From: a virus
IMG/VR virus record: IMGVR_UViG_3300005573_000071
Location: 1 to 64,000 of that record
Direction: 5' to 3' (one strand)
DNA: 64,000 bases
The translations under genes were made by a program, and so were the position numbers. The notes below the pieces were generated by a model. The model searched no databases. It saw only the letters and a list, made by a program, of their open reading frames with translations, and was not told the DNA's origin. Shown piece by piece: positions 10,647 through 20,191 of this stretch; within the stretch, counting starts at the first letter, position 1; every line of letters begins with the position of its first letter.

Positions 10647-10867
10647 TTTTACCTCCTTTAGCAGTATTCGACTTAAATACGATACGCTCGATTAAGCGAT
10701 CCTTTTATAGGTGTTAGAAATTGTTCGCTTTGGCAGAAGAGAGCATTTTATTAGACATAAAAAATCTTTGATATTTATTGTTTAACGAATTTGTCAGATC
10801 TGATCTCTAGATAGTTAGAGAGGTAGAAACAAAATTTTGATTCTGAGAAAATTGTCTGGGGGGAACG

Positions 10868-11263
10868 ATGTTTGTATCCGTCGTTGAGCTACTGCAAAAA
10901 GAGTTACAATTATTACGTAAGATAGGACAACTATTAGAGCGTAAACTCTCACAAGAAGAGAGAATTCGTCTTTTTATGAAGGTGAAAGACTTCTCGCTTG
11001 TTGAGTTATTAGAAGAGCGTTGGTCTTACGGTTGTGACCTAGAGATCGATTTATGTAGAGTTTTGCAAGCACCTATGAATTGGAGCGTTGATTTGTATGC
11101 AGATCACGTCCGAACTTCTTCAGTAGAAAACGGTGACACTCCAATATCTTCTCACATAACAACGTCTGTTGTCTCTCCTCAAATAGCACACGCTTTTGCA
11201 TTAGTCGAGCAAAAATCGTCGATAACATTTGAAGACGAAATAAAGTACTTATCAAGACTGTAA
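10868..11263 (+). CDS. Hypothetical protein
   Basis: 131-aa ORF, G-rich RBS, precedes nrdD. Confidence 0.55.
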   Translation: MFVSVVELLQKELQLLRKIGQLLERKLSQEERIRLFMKVKDFSLVELLEERWSYGCDLEIDLCRVLQAPMNWSVDLYADHVRTSSVENGDTPISSHITTSVVSPQIAHAFALVEQKSSITFEDEIKYLSRL

Positions 11264-11276
11264 AAGAGGAGGAGCT

Positions 11277-13391
11277 ATGTTTGCTGCTGTTCATTTGCCT
11301 ACAGCTGTACAAAAACGTGATGGTCGTATAGTACCTTTTGATCCAACAAAAATTACGAGTGCTATTGCGCGTGCAGGTCAAGCAACAAACGAATTCGACT
11401 TCGAAGTTGCACAACAACTTACGGAGAAAGTATTAGCTAGAATTGAGTCTATGATTTACACAAACTATCCACACGTAGAAGAGATTCAAGATATTGTTGA
11501 AGATGTATTGCTCTCCAGTCCTTATAAGAAGACTGCGAAAGCTTATATCATCTATAGAGACCAGCATATGAAGATGCGAGAGATAGCTCGTCAGCGTGGA
11601 ATTGATATTGTAGATTCATATCTATCGAAAGTCGATTGGAAAGTGAATGAGAATGCTAACATGAGCTTCTCTCTGCAAGGTCTCAACAACTATATTGCTA
11701 GCGAAGTAAGTAAGATTTATTGGTTGTACAAAATCTATCCACCAGAAGTAAGAGATGCTCACGTAAGTGGAGATTTTCATATTCATGATCTGAATCTGAT
11801 CGCTCCGTATTGTGTAGGCTGGGATCTTTCAGATCTTTTAGTTAGAGGTTTTGGAGGAGTATCCGGAAAGCTAGAGTGTGCTCCGCCAAATCACTTTCGT
11901 TCTGCATTAGGACAGATCGTAAACTTTATGTTTACGTTACAAGGAGAAGCTGCGGGTGCTCAAGCTCTCAGTAATATAGATACATTGCTAGCACCGTTTA
12001 TTGCACACGATAATCTCACATATGAAGAAGTAAAACGTGACGTAAGGAGTTTCGTTTTCAATATGAATGTGCCTACTAGAGTGGGCTTCCAAACTCCGTT
12101 TACGAATATTTCGTTGGACTTAGTACCACCTTCACATCTTAGAGATCAGGCTGTTATTATTGGTGGGAAGCCTCAATCACGTACATACGGAGAGTTTCAG
12201 AGAGAAATGAATCTCTTTAATAGAGCTTTATTCGAAGTGTTGGTTGAAGGCGATGCAAAAGGTAGGGTATTTACATTTCCTATTCCTACTATAAATATAA
12301 CTAAGGATTTTGACTGGGATAGCGATATAGCAAAACTTGTCTTTGAAGCCGCAGCAAAATATGGCATACCATACTTTGCGAACTATATGAACTCCGACTT
12401 GAAGCCAGAAGATGCTCGCTCGATGTGCTGTAGATTGAGACTCGATACAAAAGAGCTGAAATACAGGGGCGGAGGCCTATTTGGTGCATCACCTCTTACA
12501 GGTTCTATAGGTGTTGTGACTCTCAATCTTCCTAGATTAGGTTATCTCAGTACATCAGAAGTGGATTTCTTTGTGCGACTAGAGAAATTGCTAGTGTATG
12601 CAAAAACATCTCTTGAGATAAAGAGAAAGGTACTAGAGCGTTTCACAGATATCGGATTATATCCTTATACAAAAGTATATCTACGGAGTGTAAAGGAACG
12701 CACAGGAAGTTATTGGAGTAACCATTTCTCAACTATCGGTATTCTAGGAATGAATGAAGCACTCTTGAATGCGTCCTTTTTGAAGAGAGTTAACGGATCT
12801 GTGAAAACGTGTGGTATTTGGATGCAACAAGGACGTGATTTTGCTCTCAAAGTGCTAGACTATATACGAGAGAGATTAGTCAAGTTTCAGGAAGAAACTG
12901 GTAACTTCTATAACTTAGAAGCCACACCCGCGGAAGGTACAAGCTATAGACTCGCTAAACTTGATAAAGAGAGATATCCTGATATAGTGACACAGGGTAA
13001 CTCAGTACCATACTATACAAACTCAACTTGGCTTCCTGTGGGCTTTACAGAATCTATTCAGTATATCTTAGATCACCAAGATGAGTTTCAGTGTAAGTAT
13101 ACTGGTGGGACTGTTGTTCATCTTTTTCTTGATAGCTCTCCTAATGTTGCCCAAGTAGGTGCATTTCTGCGGAGTGTTTTCTCAAAGTATAAGCTTCCGT
13201 ATCTTAGTTTGACACCTACCTTTAGTATTTGTCCGGAATGTGGATACCTAAAAGGAAAACAAGAGTTTTGCGAAAAATGTGGCTCACCTACAGAGGTATA
13301 TAGTAGAATCGTTGGCTATCTTAGGCCTGTAAGCAATTGGAATTTAGGTAAGAAAGAAGAGTTCAAGGAGCGTTTGCTAGTAACACTGTAA
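11277..13391 (+). CDS. nrdD: Anaerobic (class III) ribonucleoside-triphosphate reductase with N-terminal ATP cone
   Basis: VQKRDGR ATP cone, FHIHDL, RSMCCRL, EATPAEG, CPECG..CEKCG, glycyl-radical motif YSRIVGYLRP. Confidence 0.97.
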   Translation: MFAAVHLPTAVQKRDGRIVPFDPTKITSAIARAGQATNEFDFEVAQQLTEKVLARIESMIYTNYPHVEEIQDIVEDVLLSSPYKKTAKAYIIYRDQHMKMREIARQRGIDIVDSYLSKVDWKVNENANMSFSLQGLNNYIASEVSKIYWLYKIYPPEVRDAHVSGDFHIHDLNLIAPYCVGWDLSDLLVRGFGGVSGKLECAPPNHFRSALGQIVNFMFTLQGEAAGAQALSNIDTLLAPFIAHDNLTYEEVKRDVRSFVFNMNVPTRVGFQTPFTNISLDLVPPSHLRDQAVIIGGKPQSRTYGEFQREMNLFNRALFEVLVEGDAKGRVFTFPIPTINITKDFDWDSDIAKLVFEAAAKYGIPYFANYMNSDLKPEDARSMCCRLRLDTKELKYRGGGLFGASPLTGSIGVVTLNLPRLGYLSTSEVDFFVRLEKLLVYAKTSLEIKRKVLERFTDIGLYPYTKVYLRSVKERTGSYWSNHFSTIGILGMNEALLNASFLKRVNGSVKTCGIWMQQGRDFALKVLDYIRERLVKFQEETGNFYNLEATPAEGTSYRLAKLDKERYPDIVTQGNSVPYYTNSTWLPVGFTESIQYILDHQDEFQCKYTGGTVVHLFLDSSPNVAQVGAFLRSVFSKYKLPYLSLTPTFSICPECGYLKGKQEFCEKCGSPTEVYSRIVGYLRPVSNWNLGKKEEFKERLLVTL

Positions 13392-13397
13392 GAGTTA

Positions 13398-13446
13398 CCT
13401 CCTATATGCGTACAGGGAACAAATATTGAAGTACGCATATAGGAGG
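13398..13446 (+). promoter_or_regulatory. Perfect 16-bp RBS-sequestering hairpin with GAACA motif in the loop
   Basis: CCTCCTATATGCGTAC (13398-13413) is the exact reverse complement of GTACGCATATAGGAGG (13431-13446); GAACA at 13417-13421. Confidence 0.85.
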
Positions 13447-13451
13447 ACGTA

Positions 13452-13766
13452 GTGGTATACCTAGGAAACGCTTTTAGTATTGACATGTTGCCCTCAAAAC
13501 GAGCATTAGTATACGTTCAGAAAGTATCATTAGGCCGGGTGAAGTTCCTTCTAAAGAAAGACTTCACATCTCTTGTGAAAGATGAGAAGATATGTCAGAT
13601 TTTGTCTAAGCTATTGGAAACTGAAATTCCTGTATCCGATACACGTGTGAAACTGAAAAGAGGAGATAAATTAATTATCGTACGCTTTAGCAAACGAATC
13701 ACTGATATAAATATAGACGATATGACGAGTCTCTCTCCGAGGTTCGCTGTCGTTTACATACACTAA
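13452..13766 (+). CDS. DUF1874/AcrIII-1 (viral ring nuclease) fold protein, catalytic His apparently absent
   Basis: VYLGNAFSIDML N-terminus and VKLKRGDKLIIV..SKR match the family pattern; conserved S.IGH reads SLVKD. Confidence 0.75.
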   Translation: MVYLGNAFSIDMLPSKRALVYVQKVSLGRVKFLLKKDFTSLVKDEKICQILSKLLETEIPVSDTRVKLKRGDKLIIVRFSKRITDINIDDMTSLSPRFAVVYIH

Positions 13767-14473
13767 TAGTTACGAAGAAGGAGATCCGTATAAGGAACGA
13801 TCTCTATTTTAGGGAATTGTGTCTTCACAAGTTCGGTGTCTTCAGTTGTATGTAAAGGAGTTTGGACTATCACGTAATCTGTGGGTATACGTGATTGTTC
13901 AAGTATTGCTATAGTCTGTTGTATCTTACTTATATCAACTTCAGTACGTGTGATAATTTTGTATCTTTCTGCGATGAGAGGCGCCTTAATACTCACAATA
14001 CACGCGTCTATACATTTGTTGTGTACGAGGTCTGTGATGATCTCCGGATGAGTTCCCAATGTGATTAGTACGATTTCTATCTGTGGTGACACAGATTTAG
14101 CACATTGGCAGAACTCCAGTAAGCAAGCTTGTAAGGTAGGCTCACCTCCGACGATATATAGACGTGATATTAGTTTACTACTACTTAGTATCTGAAATAT
14201 CCGTTCGGTGGGTATTATGGTATGATTACATTCATGTATTAAGTATGGAGTTGGACAATAGGCACAATTGAAGTCACAGCCTTGAGTGAATATAGTAAGA
14301 GGAAGACCTTCTCTTGTTTGTTTATGTATTAGAGGTGGGTCGAGTGTGATCCGACTAATGCAGAAATAAGGTTTACTAAAAAGTTGTAGTTTCATCAGTT
14401 TCTCCTTATTCTGAGAGATATCCTTTAATGTTTTGTTAGTGAGCAAAGGTATATCTAGAGTATGTTGCAACAA
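13763..14473 (-). CDS. nrdG: Radical SAM activase of anaerobic RNR
   Basis: FTQGCDFNCAYC (CxxxCxxC), GGEPTLQ, SIKAP; adjacent to nrdD. Confidence 0.8.
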   Translation of the reverse strand: MLQHTLDIPLLTNKTLKDISQNKEKLMKLQLFSKPYFCISRITLDPPLIHKQTREGLPLTIFTQGCDFNCAYCPTPYLIHECNHTIIPTERIFQILSSSKLISRLYIVGGEPTLQACLLEFCQCAKSVSPQIEIVLITLGTHPEIITDLVHNKCIDACIVSIKAPLIAERYKIITRTEVDISKIQQTIAILEQSRIPTDYVIVQTPLHTTEDTELVKTQFPKIEIVPYTDLLLRNY

Positions 14474-14522
14474 TTAAATAGTGTAGGGAAAGAAGTTGCA
14501 TTTTAATTATTAAGAATGAGAG

Positions 14523-14930
14523 GTGAGAGAAAGATATATGCATGCTAAAGTTTTTGTTGGTAGCACGATATTACGACGTGCAAACGTACGCGGGGTAGGA
14601 GTCTTGTTAATTGTAGACGGCAGAGTATACGAGGTATCTCAGCCTATTGGTAGAGCAACATATAGAACCGCGTTGCGGACAGCTATCGACTTCGGATTAA
14701 TGGAAGTACTAAATAGAAATGTAAAGATTGTCGATATTTATATACCATCGCGGGTAGTAGTAGATCAACTACGTCGTAAGGAAGAAAGAAACTGGTCGAA
14801 TACTTTAGCTCTGCTTAAACAATTTGAATATTTCACAATAAACTTTATCATGAATCGTCAGAATAGAGCTGCGTTAGCTCTTACACGTCGTGCCGCGGAA
14901 CTTTCTCTTGCACAATTATCTACAACGTGA
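14523..14930 (+). CDS. RNase HI-fold protein, probably inactive
   Basis: GVGVL..SQPIGRAT...A..GL...V.IY.PS.VVVDQ...NRAA.AL scaffold; catalytic D/E positions replaced. Confidence 0.65.
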   Translation: MRERYMHAKVFVGSTILRRANVRGVGVLLIVDGRVYEVSQPIGRATYRTALRTAIDFGLMEVLNRNVKIVDIYIPSRVVVDQLRRKEERNWSNTLALLKQFEYFTINFIMNRQNRAALALTRRAAELSLAQLSTT

Positions 14931-14950
14931 TACATTTTATTTAATTTATA

Positions 14951-16162
14951 ATGAGGAGTAAGCAAATGAGTACTAAGGTAGTTCTTACGCCAGCAGAGGT
15001 ATTTGGAGCGTTCTTAGACGCCTCTATTCAAGATCTCGTTAGGTTAAATGCATTAATCAAAAAGATTGATTTCACTTATCATCCTCCATTTGATCTTATT
15101 GCAGAAGTATTTACACATTGTGTTGAAGTACACAAGCAATGGACAATTGAGTTACTAACATACCATTTAGGAGATTATGCGGATAGACTGAGTGTATATG
15201 TAGCACTACTAGAGGGAGCTAGAGAGACAGATAAGGAGTATGTTTTTGAACATCTTGTGCACTATCAAACTTCGATCTGGTTAGATAAGTTCAAGGCGGA
15301 GTTAGTACGTGCTAATGGTAATGTGGGTGATGTACTCAAAAAGTTCAGTAGGCAGTTAGGATCTTTAGCTGTATCAACCGCAGGCAAGGTAGAAGCGGTA
15401 ACAGCATCTGAGTTATTGACATCGTATAATGCAACGGATGAGTCTGCGGGATTTAGTTTACCATTGAACTTAGGTTTTGATCAGCAGTTAGGCGGAGGCA
15501 TTCGTCCGGGGGAGATTCTTTTGTTTGTAGGTCCTACTGGTGCAGGAAAGTCAACACTGTTACTTCACAGCTGTTTGGAGTCTATTCGTCACGGACTAAC
15601 AACTGTCTACGTTTCGTTAGAGTTATCTCTAGATCTCGTAAGAGAGAAGTTAGCAGCTCATTCGTCTCTACGAAGACTTGATACTTCTCATTTGGAGAAG
15701 TTACATCTTTTGAAGTTTCCAACCAAAAGTGTAACTCTAGAAGAGATATTTGTGTTCGTAGATCAATGGCATGCTCAAGTAGTTGCAATCGATTATCTCG
15801 ATATTCTTAGTTTTGGTGGCGGTGATAGGTTGTGGCAAACTCTAGAAGACTTGACAGCGAAGTTCAGAGGTTATTGTGAAGAAAGAAAGATTATTGGTCT
15901 AACAGTTTCGCAAGCAAACAGAGAAGGCATAGCAAACAACAAGATCGTCGATATTAATCATGTAGCCTTCAGTTTAGGTAAAGTGTTTACAGCTGACTTT
16001 GTTATCACTCTAACACCACCAGACTTTACGACTGCGGATACGACTGCTGCATTTCTTTATCTGACTAAGAATAGACGAGGGCCGAAATGGTTGCAACCTG
16101 CGAGGATAGATTACGAACATATCATTGTAACACCTATACAAAGTGTAGACTACACACGTTAG
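14951..16162 (+). CDS. DnaB-like (SF4) replicative helicase
   Basis: GPTGAGKS, YVSLEL, IDYLD, TVSQANR, KNRRG; likely start ATG 14966. Confidence 0.8.
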   Translation: MRSKQMSTKVVLTPAEVFGAFLDASIQDLVRLNALIKKIDFTYHPPFDLIAEVFTHCVEVHKQWTIELLTYHLGDYADRLSVYVALLEGARETDKEYVFEHLVHYQTSIWLDKFKAELVRANGNVGDVLKKFSRQLGSLAVSTAGKVEAVTASELLTSYNATDESAGFSLPLNLGFDQQLGGGIRPGEILLFVGPTGAGKSTLLLHSCLESIRHGLTTVYVSLELSLDLVREKLAAHSSLRRLDTSHLEKLHLLKFPTKSVTLEEIFVFVDQWHAQVVAIDYLDILSFGGGDRLWQTLEDLTAKFRGYCEERKIIGLTVSQANREGIANNKIVDINHVAFSLGKVFTADFVITLTPPDFTTADTTAAFLYLTKNRRGPKWLQPARIDYEHIIVTPIQSVDYTR

Positions 16163-16177
16163 AAGGAGGGACGGAAG

Positions 16178-16810
16178 ATGCATAAGGAAGGAGACACAAA
16201 GAAGTTAGTGGAGAAATATGAAGAATTCTTTGCTGAGTTTTGCAAGTTCAGAGGTTTAGATCCTGATAACGATCACCTTAAGGAAACACCATATAGAGTA
16301 GTAAAAGCTCTCTTAGAGGCAACATCTGGTTATGAGACGGAAGCAAAGAGCGTGCTAAGTAAGAGGTTTAAAAAGCTAGATGATGACACTAGTAGTGAAA
16401 CGCTTATCTTAGGTGATGGTATATTGGTGGTACATAACGCTATACCGTTTACGTCTCTTTGTGCCCACCACTTATATCCTTTCTTTGGTTTTATGTATAT
16501 AGGTATGTTATTGAAAGGTGAGATAATTGGACTGTCGAAAGTAACGAGAGTAGTAGACGTCTTTAGTAAAAGACTACAAGTACAAGAAGAGCTAACTTCT
16601 CGAGTTGCTACAGCATTAACCAAACACGTAGAAAGTTGTAGAGGTGTTATTGTCGTTTCAGATGCTATTCATGGCTGTATGTCTTTCAGAGGTGTGCGCA
16701 AGAGTAGTGTAACTACATGTAGTGCTGTAACCGGAGTATTCGTAGAGAACGATAAAGGAATTAAGCAAGAGTTCTTCCATCTAATTAAGAGACAAGATTT
16801 ATATCTTTAG
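16178..16810 (+). CDS. folE: GTP cyclohydrolase I
   Basis: ETPYRV, SLCAHHLYPF, GLSK..R, RLQVQE, HGCMSFRGV. Confidence 0.95.
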   Translation: MHKEGDTKKLVEKYEEFFAEFCKFRGLDPDNDHLKETPYRVVKALLEATSGYETEAKSVLSKRFKKLDDDTSSETLILGDGILVVHNAIPFTSLCAHHLYPFFGFMYIGMLLKGEIIGLSKVTRVVDVFSKRLQVQEELTSRVATALTKHVESCRGVIVVSDAIHGCMSFRGVRKSSVTTCSAVTGVFVENDKGIKQEFFHLIKRQDLYL

Positions 16811-16873
16811 TTAGGCTATGAGTTGCATCCGTGGAACATTACATAGATACCGATTGATAGTGGAGGATGATTT

Positions 16874-17771
16874 ATGTATATATCGTTGTCTGTGGTTACA
16901 CAGCCTTATGGTGCGAGTTACGGATACGTTTGTGGGGGTGGTCCGTATACTCTCTTATCGTGTATTGAGCGCTTCCAATTTCCATTCAATAATGGTACAG
17001 CTAGTCGTGTAGGTAATCTTACGGCAACTCAGTCTGAAGCTGGAGTATGTAATTGTAGTACATATGCTTACGTTTGCGGATACTTTACAAAAGATAGGTT
17101 CCAGTTTCCATTTGATAATGGCACCGCAACGTGTGTTGGTTCCGGTTTAGAGATCTGGGGTCAATGTGGAAACAATTGTAGTACATATGGATACGTTTGT
17201 GGAGGTTCTTCTGGAACAGCGATTCGGCGTCTCCAGTTTCCATTTGAAGATGGTTCGTTGGCTTATGTAGGAGATCTCACTATTAGTTCTTTAATACGAA
17301 TAAGTGCAAACAATTGTAGTACACACGGATATGTTTGTGGGGGTACAGAGTCAAGTTCTCTTTCTTATATCAACAGATTTCAATTTCCATTCAATAGTGG
17401 TACAGCCAATATTATAGGTAATTTAAGCGCAAATTACGGAAAAGGTGTGGGGGCTAATAATTGTAGTATATACGGATATGTTTGTGGTGGAGCGTCGTCT
17501 ATCATAGACCGCTTCCAGTTTCCATTCAATAGTTGGTATAGCTAGTCGTGTGGGTAATTTGAGTGGAGCTCGGTTTATAACGTCTGCTAACAATAGTAGT
17601 GTACATGGGTACGTTTGCTGTGGACAAGTCGACGCCTATGATCGGTCTTCCGTAGATAGGTTTCAGTTTCCTTTTGATAGTGGCGCTGTAACGACTGAAA
17701 GTAATTTAGTCTACGCGGGTAAAGAGCGAGATGCTATCGACGGAGTAGATTTTGTGACTATGTTTACGTAG
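16874..17771 (+). CDS. Cys/Gly-rich six-repeat Kelch-like beta-propeller, frameshifted (+1 T at 17533-17534)
   Basis: Six units of NCS.YGYVCGG...DRFQFPF..G.A..VGNL across ORFs 16874-17545 and 17550-17771; one-base deletion gives a 298-aa ORF; GGAGG RBS, GAACA at 16834. Confidence 0.7.
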
Positions 17772-17793
17772 AAACAGCATATAAGGATAATAA

Positions 17794-19644
17794 GTGAGAC
17801 TTGAAGTTCAGGAATCCACAGAAACTATAATTCTATACGACTTCCCTTACAATAAGTTCTTACGCGCGATACGTAAGCGCGGTTGGGATCCTATATTACT
17901 GTTATTAAAAGTTTTAGAGGGTAGGAAGTTCCTTATCTTTAAGAAGTTTACACTCATGTTCCCCTCGTTCTTCGCATTAGAGTTCTTTGAGATTTTTAGA
18001 CAGTTAGGCGGACGTTGGTTAGACTACGCATTACTCCTGAAGCAGCGTACGTGGATATCTCGTTTGTTCTCCCACCAAATATCACGATTCTTAGACACCT
18101 ACGTAATTCATTCTCGGAAGATAGCACTCAATTCTTACCAAGAGAGATTCATTAATACATATCTTTCGTATGTAGAGAGATTTGATCTACGGGGTAGAGT
18201 AATGTCTTTTGAGCAAGGGCTAGGAAAGACGAGAACGGCTATCGCTCTATTTCTAGCACTCCACAAAAAGCGTGTACTTATAGTATGTCCAAAGAGTCTT
18301 TTGTTTTCTTGGAAAAGTGAACTAGAGAAGTTAGGAGAAACAGATATTAGTATTCTGAGTGAGACGTCTGTGATTGCAAAATGGAATATCATAAATTATG
18401 ATAGACTCTCTTCTCTACCTACTTCGCTGACTCAGACAATAGATGGTATCATAGTTGATGAGACACAGTATATCATTCACTTGAGCGCACAACGTACTAA
18501 ACTAGTAATTGAACTTTGTAAAACGAGTCCTAATGTGCAAGATATACTCTTGTTGAGCGGTACTCCAATCAAGAAGGATCCGGATGAATGGATTCCATAT
18601 TTGTTGATACTCGATCCACATATAACTGCTAAGTTAGCGGGTTTGTTTACACGTATCTTTCTATCTCATCCTAGTTTAATGAAACATATCGCTGCCGTAA
18701 GAATGAGAGGATTAGTAGCTCGAGAGACTAAGAAGTGGTTATCTTTGCCTCCAAAGAAGATTGTTAATATAGAGTGGTCTGTACCAGATCTAACAGAATA
18801 CTTGTGGCCAACTATCGAGCGTGAGATCAGAGAGTTGGTTCCTGTATATATTGAAGAGTATCGACAAGTGTATCTCTCTAATTGGTTGGAGGTTATGGAT
18901 ATTCTATCAACAAAAGGAGTGCCTCGTCAAGAGTTAGATACTTTTGTAGAACTATGCACTCGAGAAACGTTGTCTTTTGAAGAGCAATCGTGGCTCTCAC
19001 AGAAAGCTAAGTATTGGAGTACGTTTGTGGATCACCCAGATCTAAGACATACACTACAGAATATGAGAAAGCTCATTCGATCGTTTGCTCGTATAATCGA
19101 AGCGAAAGTAAGATCTACGATTTTGTATAGTAAGAGAGAGCAATGTTTGATGTCATTGATTCGTTCGAACTGGAAGAAGATTTGTTTGTTTACGAACCTA
19201 ACTGAAAACAAGTCTATTATTTGTGGTACGATTCTTTCTCCGCTACGCTATTTGCATACAATTCTGCCTAAAGAATGTGAAGTACAGAGTGTATATGTAG
19301 ACTCTACAATTCCTAACAGACGTGAAGTGCTCCAACGATTTCAACACGATGACAATATACAAGTATTGGTAGGCTCGGTTGGTGTACTTGGTGTAGGACT
19401 TACGTTGGTAGAAGCAGATAGAGTTTTAATACTTAATCTACCATGGAGATGGGCGGATGCCGAACAGATGATGGATAGAGTACATAGAATTGGACAGAAA
19501 CATCCCGTTACTATTTATATCGTACGTTTACGTTCTCACGAATTGAATGTCCACGATCATATGTCACAGATCGCTCTTCGATCTAAGAAAGAGGTAGATA
19601 GAATGCTACAAGAATTAGTAACTACAACTACGGTTACTCAATAA
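17794..19644 (+). CDS. SNF2-family SF2 helicase
   Basis: EQGLGKT, IVCPKS, IVDETQ, LSGTP, GVGLTL, DRVHRIGQ. Confidence 0.92.
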   Translation: MRLEVQESTETIILYDFPYNKFLRAIRKRGWDPILLLLKVLEGRKFLIFKKFTLMFPSFFALEFFEIFRQLGGRWLDYALLLKQRTWISRLFSHQISRFLDTYVIHSRKIALNSYQERFINTYLSYVERFDLRGRVMSFEQGLGKTRTAIALFLALHKKRVLIVCPKSLLFSWKSELEKLGETDISILSETSVIAKWNIINYDRLSSLPTSLTQTIDGIIVDETQYIIHLSAQRTKLVIELCKTSPNVQDILLLSGTPIKKDPDEWIPYLLILDPHITAKLAGLFTRIFLSHPSLMKHIAAVRMRGLVARETKKWLSLPPKKIVNIEWSVPDLTEYLWPTIEREIRELVPVYIEEYRQVYLSNWLEVMDILSTKGVPRQELDTFVELCTRETLSFEEQSWLSQKAKYWSTFVDHPDLRHTLQNMRKLIRSFARIIEAKVRSTILYSKREQCLMSLIRSNWKKICLFTNLTENKSIICGTILSPLRYLHTILPKECEVQSVYVDSTIPNRREVLQRFQHDDNIQVLVGSVGVLGVGLTLVEADRVLILNLPWRWADAEQMMDRVHRIGQKHPVTIYIVRLRSHELNVHDHMSQIALRSKKEVDRMLQELVTTTTVTQ

Positions 19645-19645
19645 G

Positions 19646-20191
19646 ATGAAGAATCCAAAGCAGAAAGGCACAGATTTCGAGTTAGTAATTGCAAAACGGT
19701 TATCACGTTGGTACGATCCTAACTCGAAGATAGATTATTTCTGGCGGACACATAGTTCGGGTGCAGTAGCTACCATTCGTAAGTCTATGTGTGAAGTAAT
19801 GGAAGGCGATATAATGAGCATTCGTGAAGAGACTCACGAACTCTTTAACTATATAGTAATAGAATGTAAGCGTATGAGAACACTCGACTTAATGTCTTTC
19901 TTAGATAGGAAGGCGTGTGATATTCTATCTCTGTACGAAGTCTCAAGAGTAAAGTTGAGTCAGAACAAGTTCCTTCTTTTAGTTGTGAAACGAGATTATG
20001 GTGAGATACTCGTGCTTACATCATTGTTACTACCAAAGATATCTAAATATATGAAGATAAATAACAACGGACACGCATCTCTCTACTTATACAAACTAGA
20101 AGATATGCTCTCTACGTATACTTTTAATGAGTTTTTACGTAATGTGAAAGAAGAGTTTACTCCAGACCGCTCTTCTTTGCAAGTAGTTTAA
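19646..20191 (+). CDS. Holliday junction resolvase (PD-(D/E)xK, Hjc-like)
   Basis: KG..FE..IAK.L..W, GDI, IECK. Confidence 0.75.
   Translation: MKNPKQKGTDFELVIAKRLSRWYDPNSKIDYFWRTHSSGAVATIRKSMCEVMEGDIMSIREETHELFNYIVIECKRMRTLDLMSFLDRKACDILSLYEVSRVKLSQNKFLLLVVKRDYGEILVLTSLLLPKISKYMKINNNGHASLYLYKLEDMLSTYTFNEFLRNVKEEFTPDRSSLQVV

Noticed and set aside
11277-13391. Intron or intein in nrdD (also checked in terminase and RNAP genes)
   Set aside because: Lengths and motif continuity leave no room for an insertion
13763-14473. QueE as partner of FolE
   Set aside because: Motif spacing and adjacency to nrdD fit an NrdG-type activase better; not fully excluded
16874-17771. Possible DGR template/variable repeats
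   Set aside because: Differences between repeats are not adenine-specific, all copies are in-frame protein repeats, and no reverse transcriptase is present in the window
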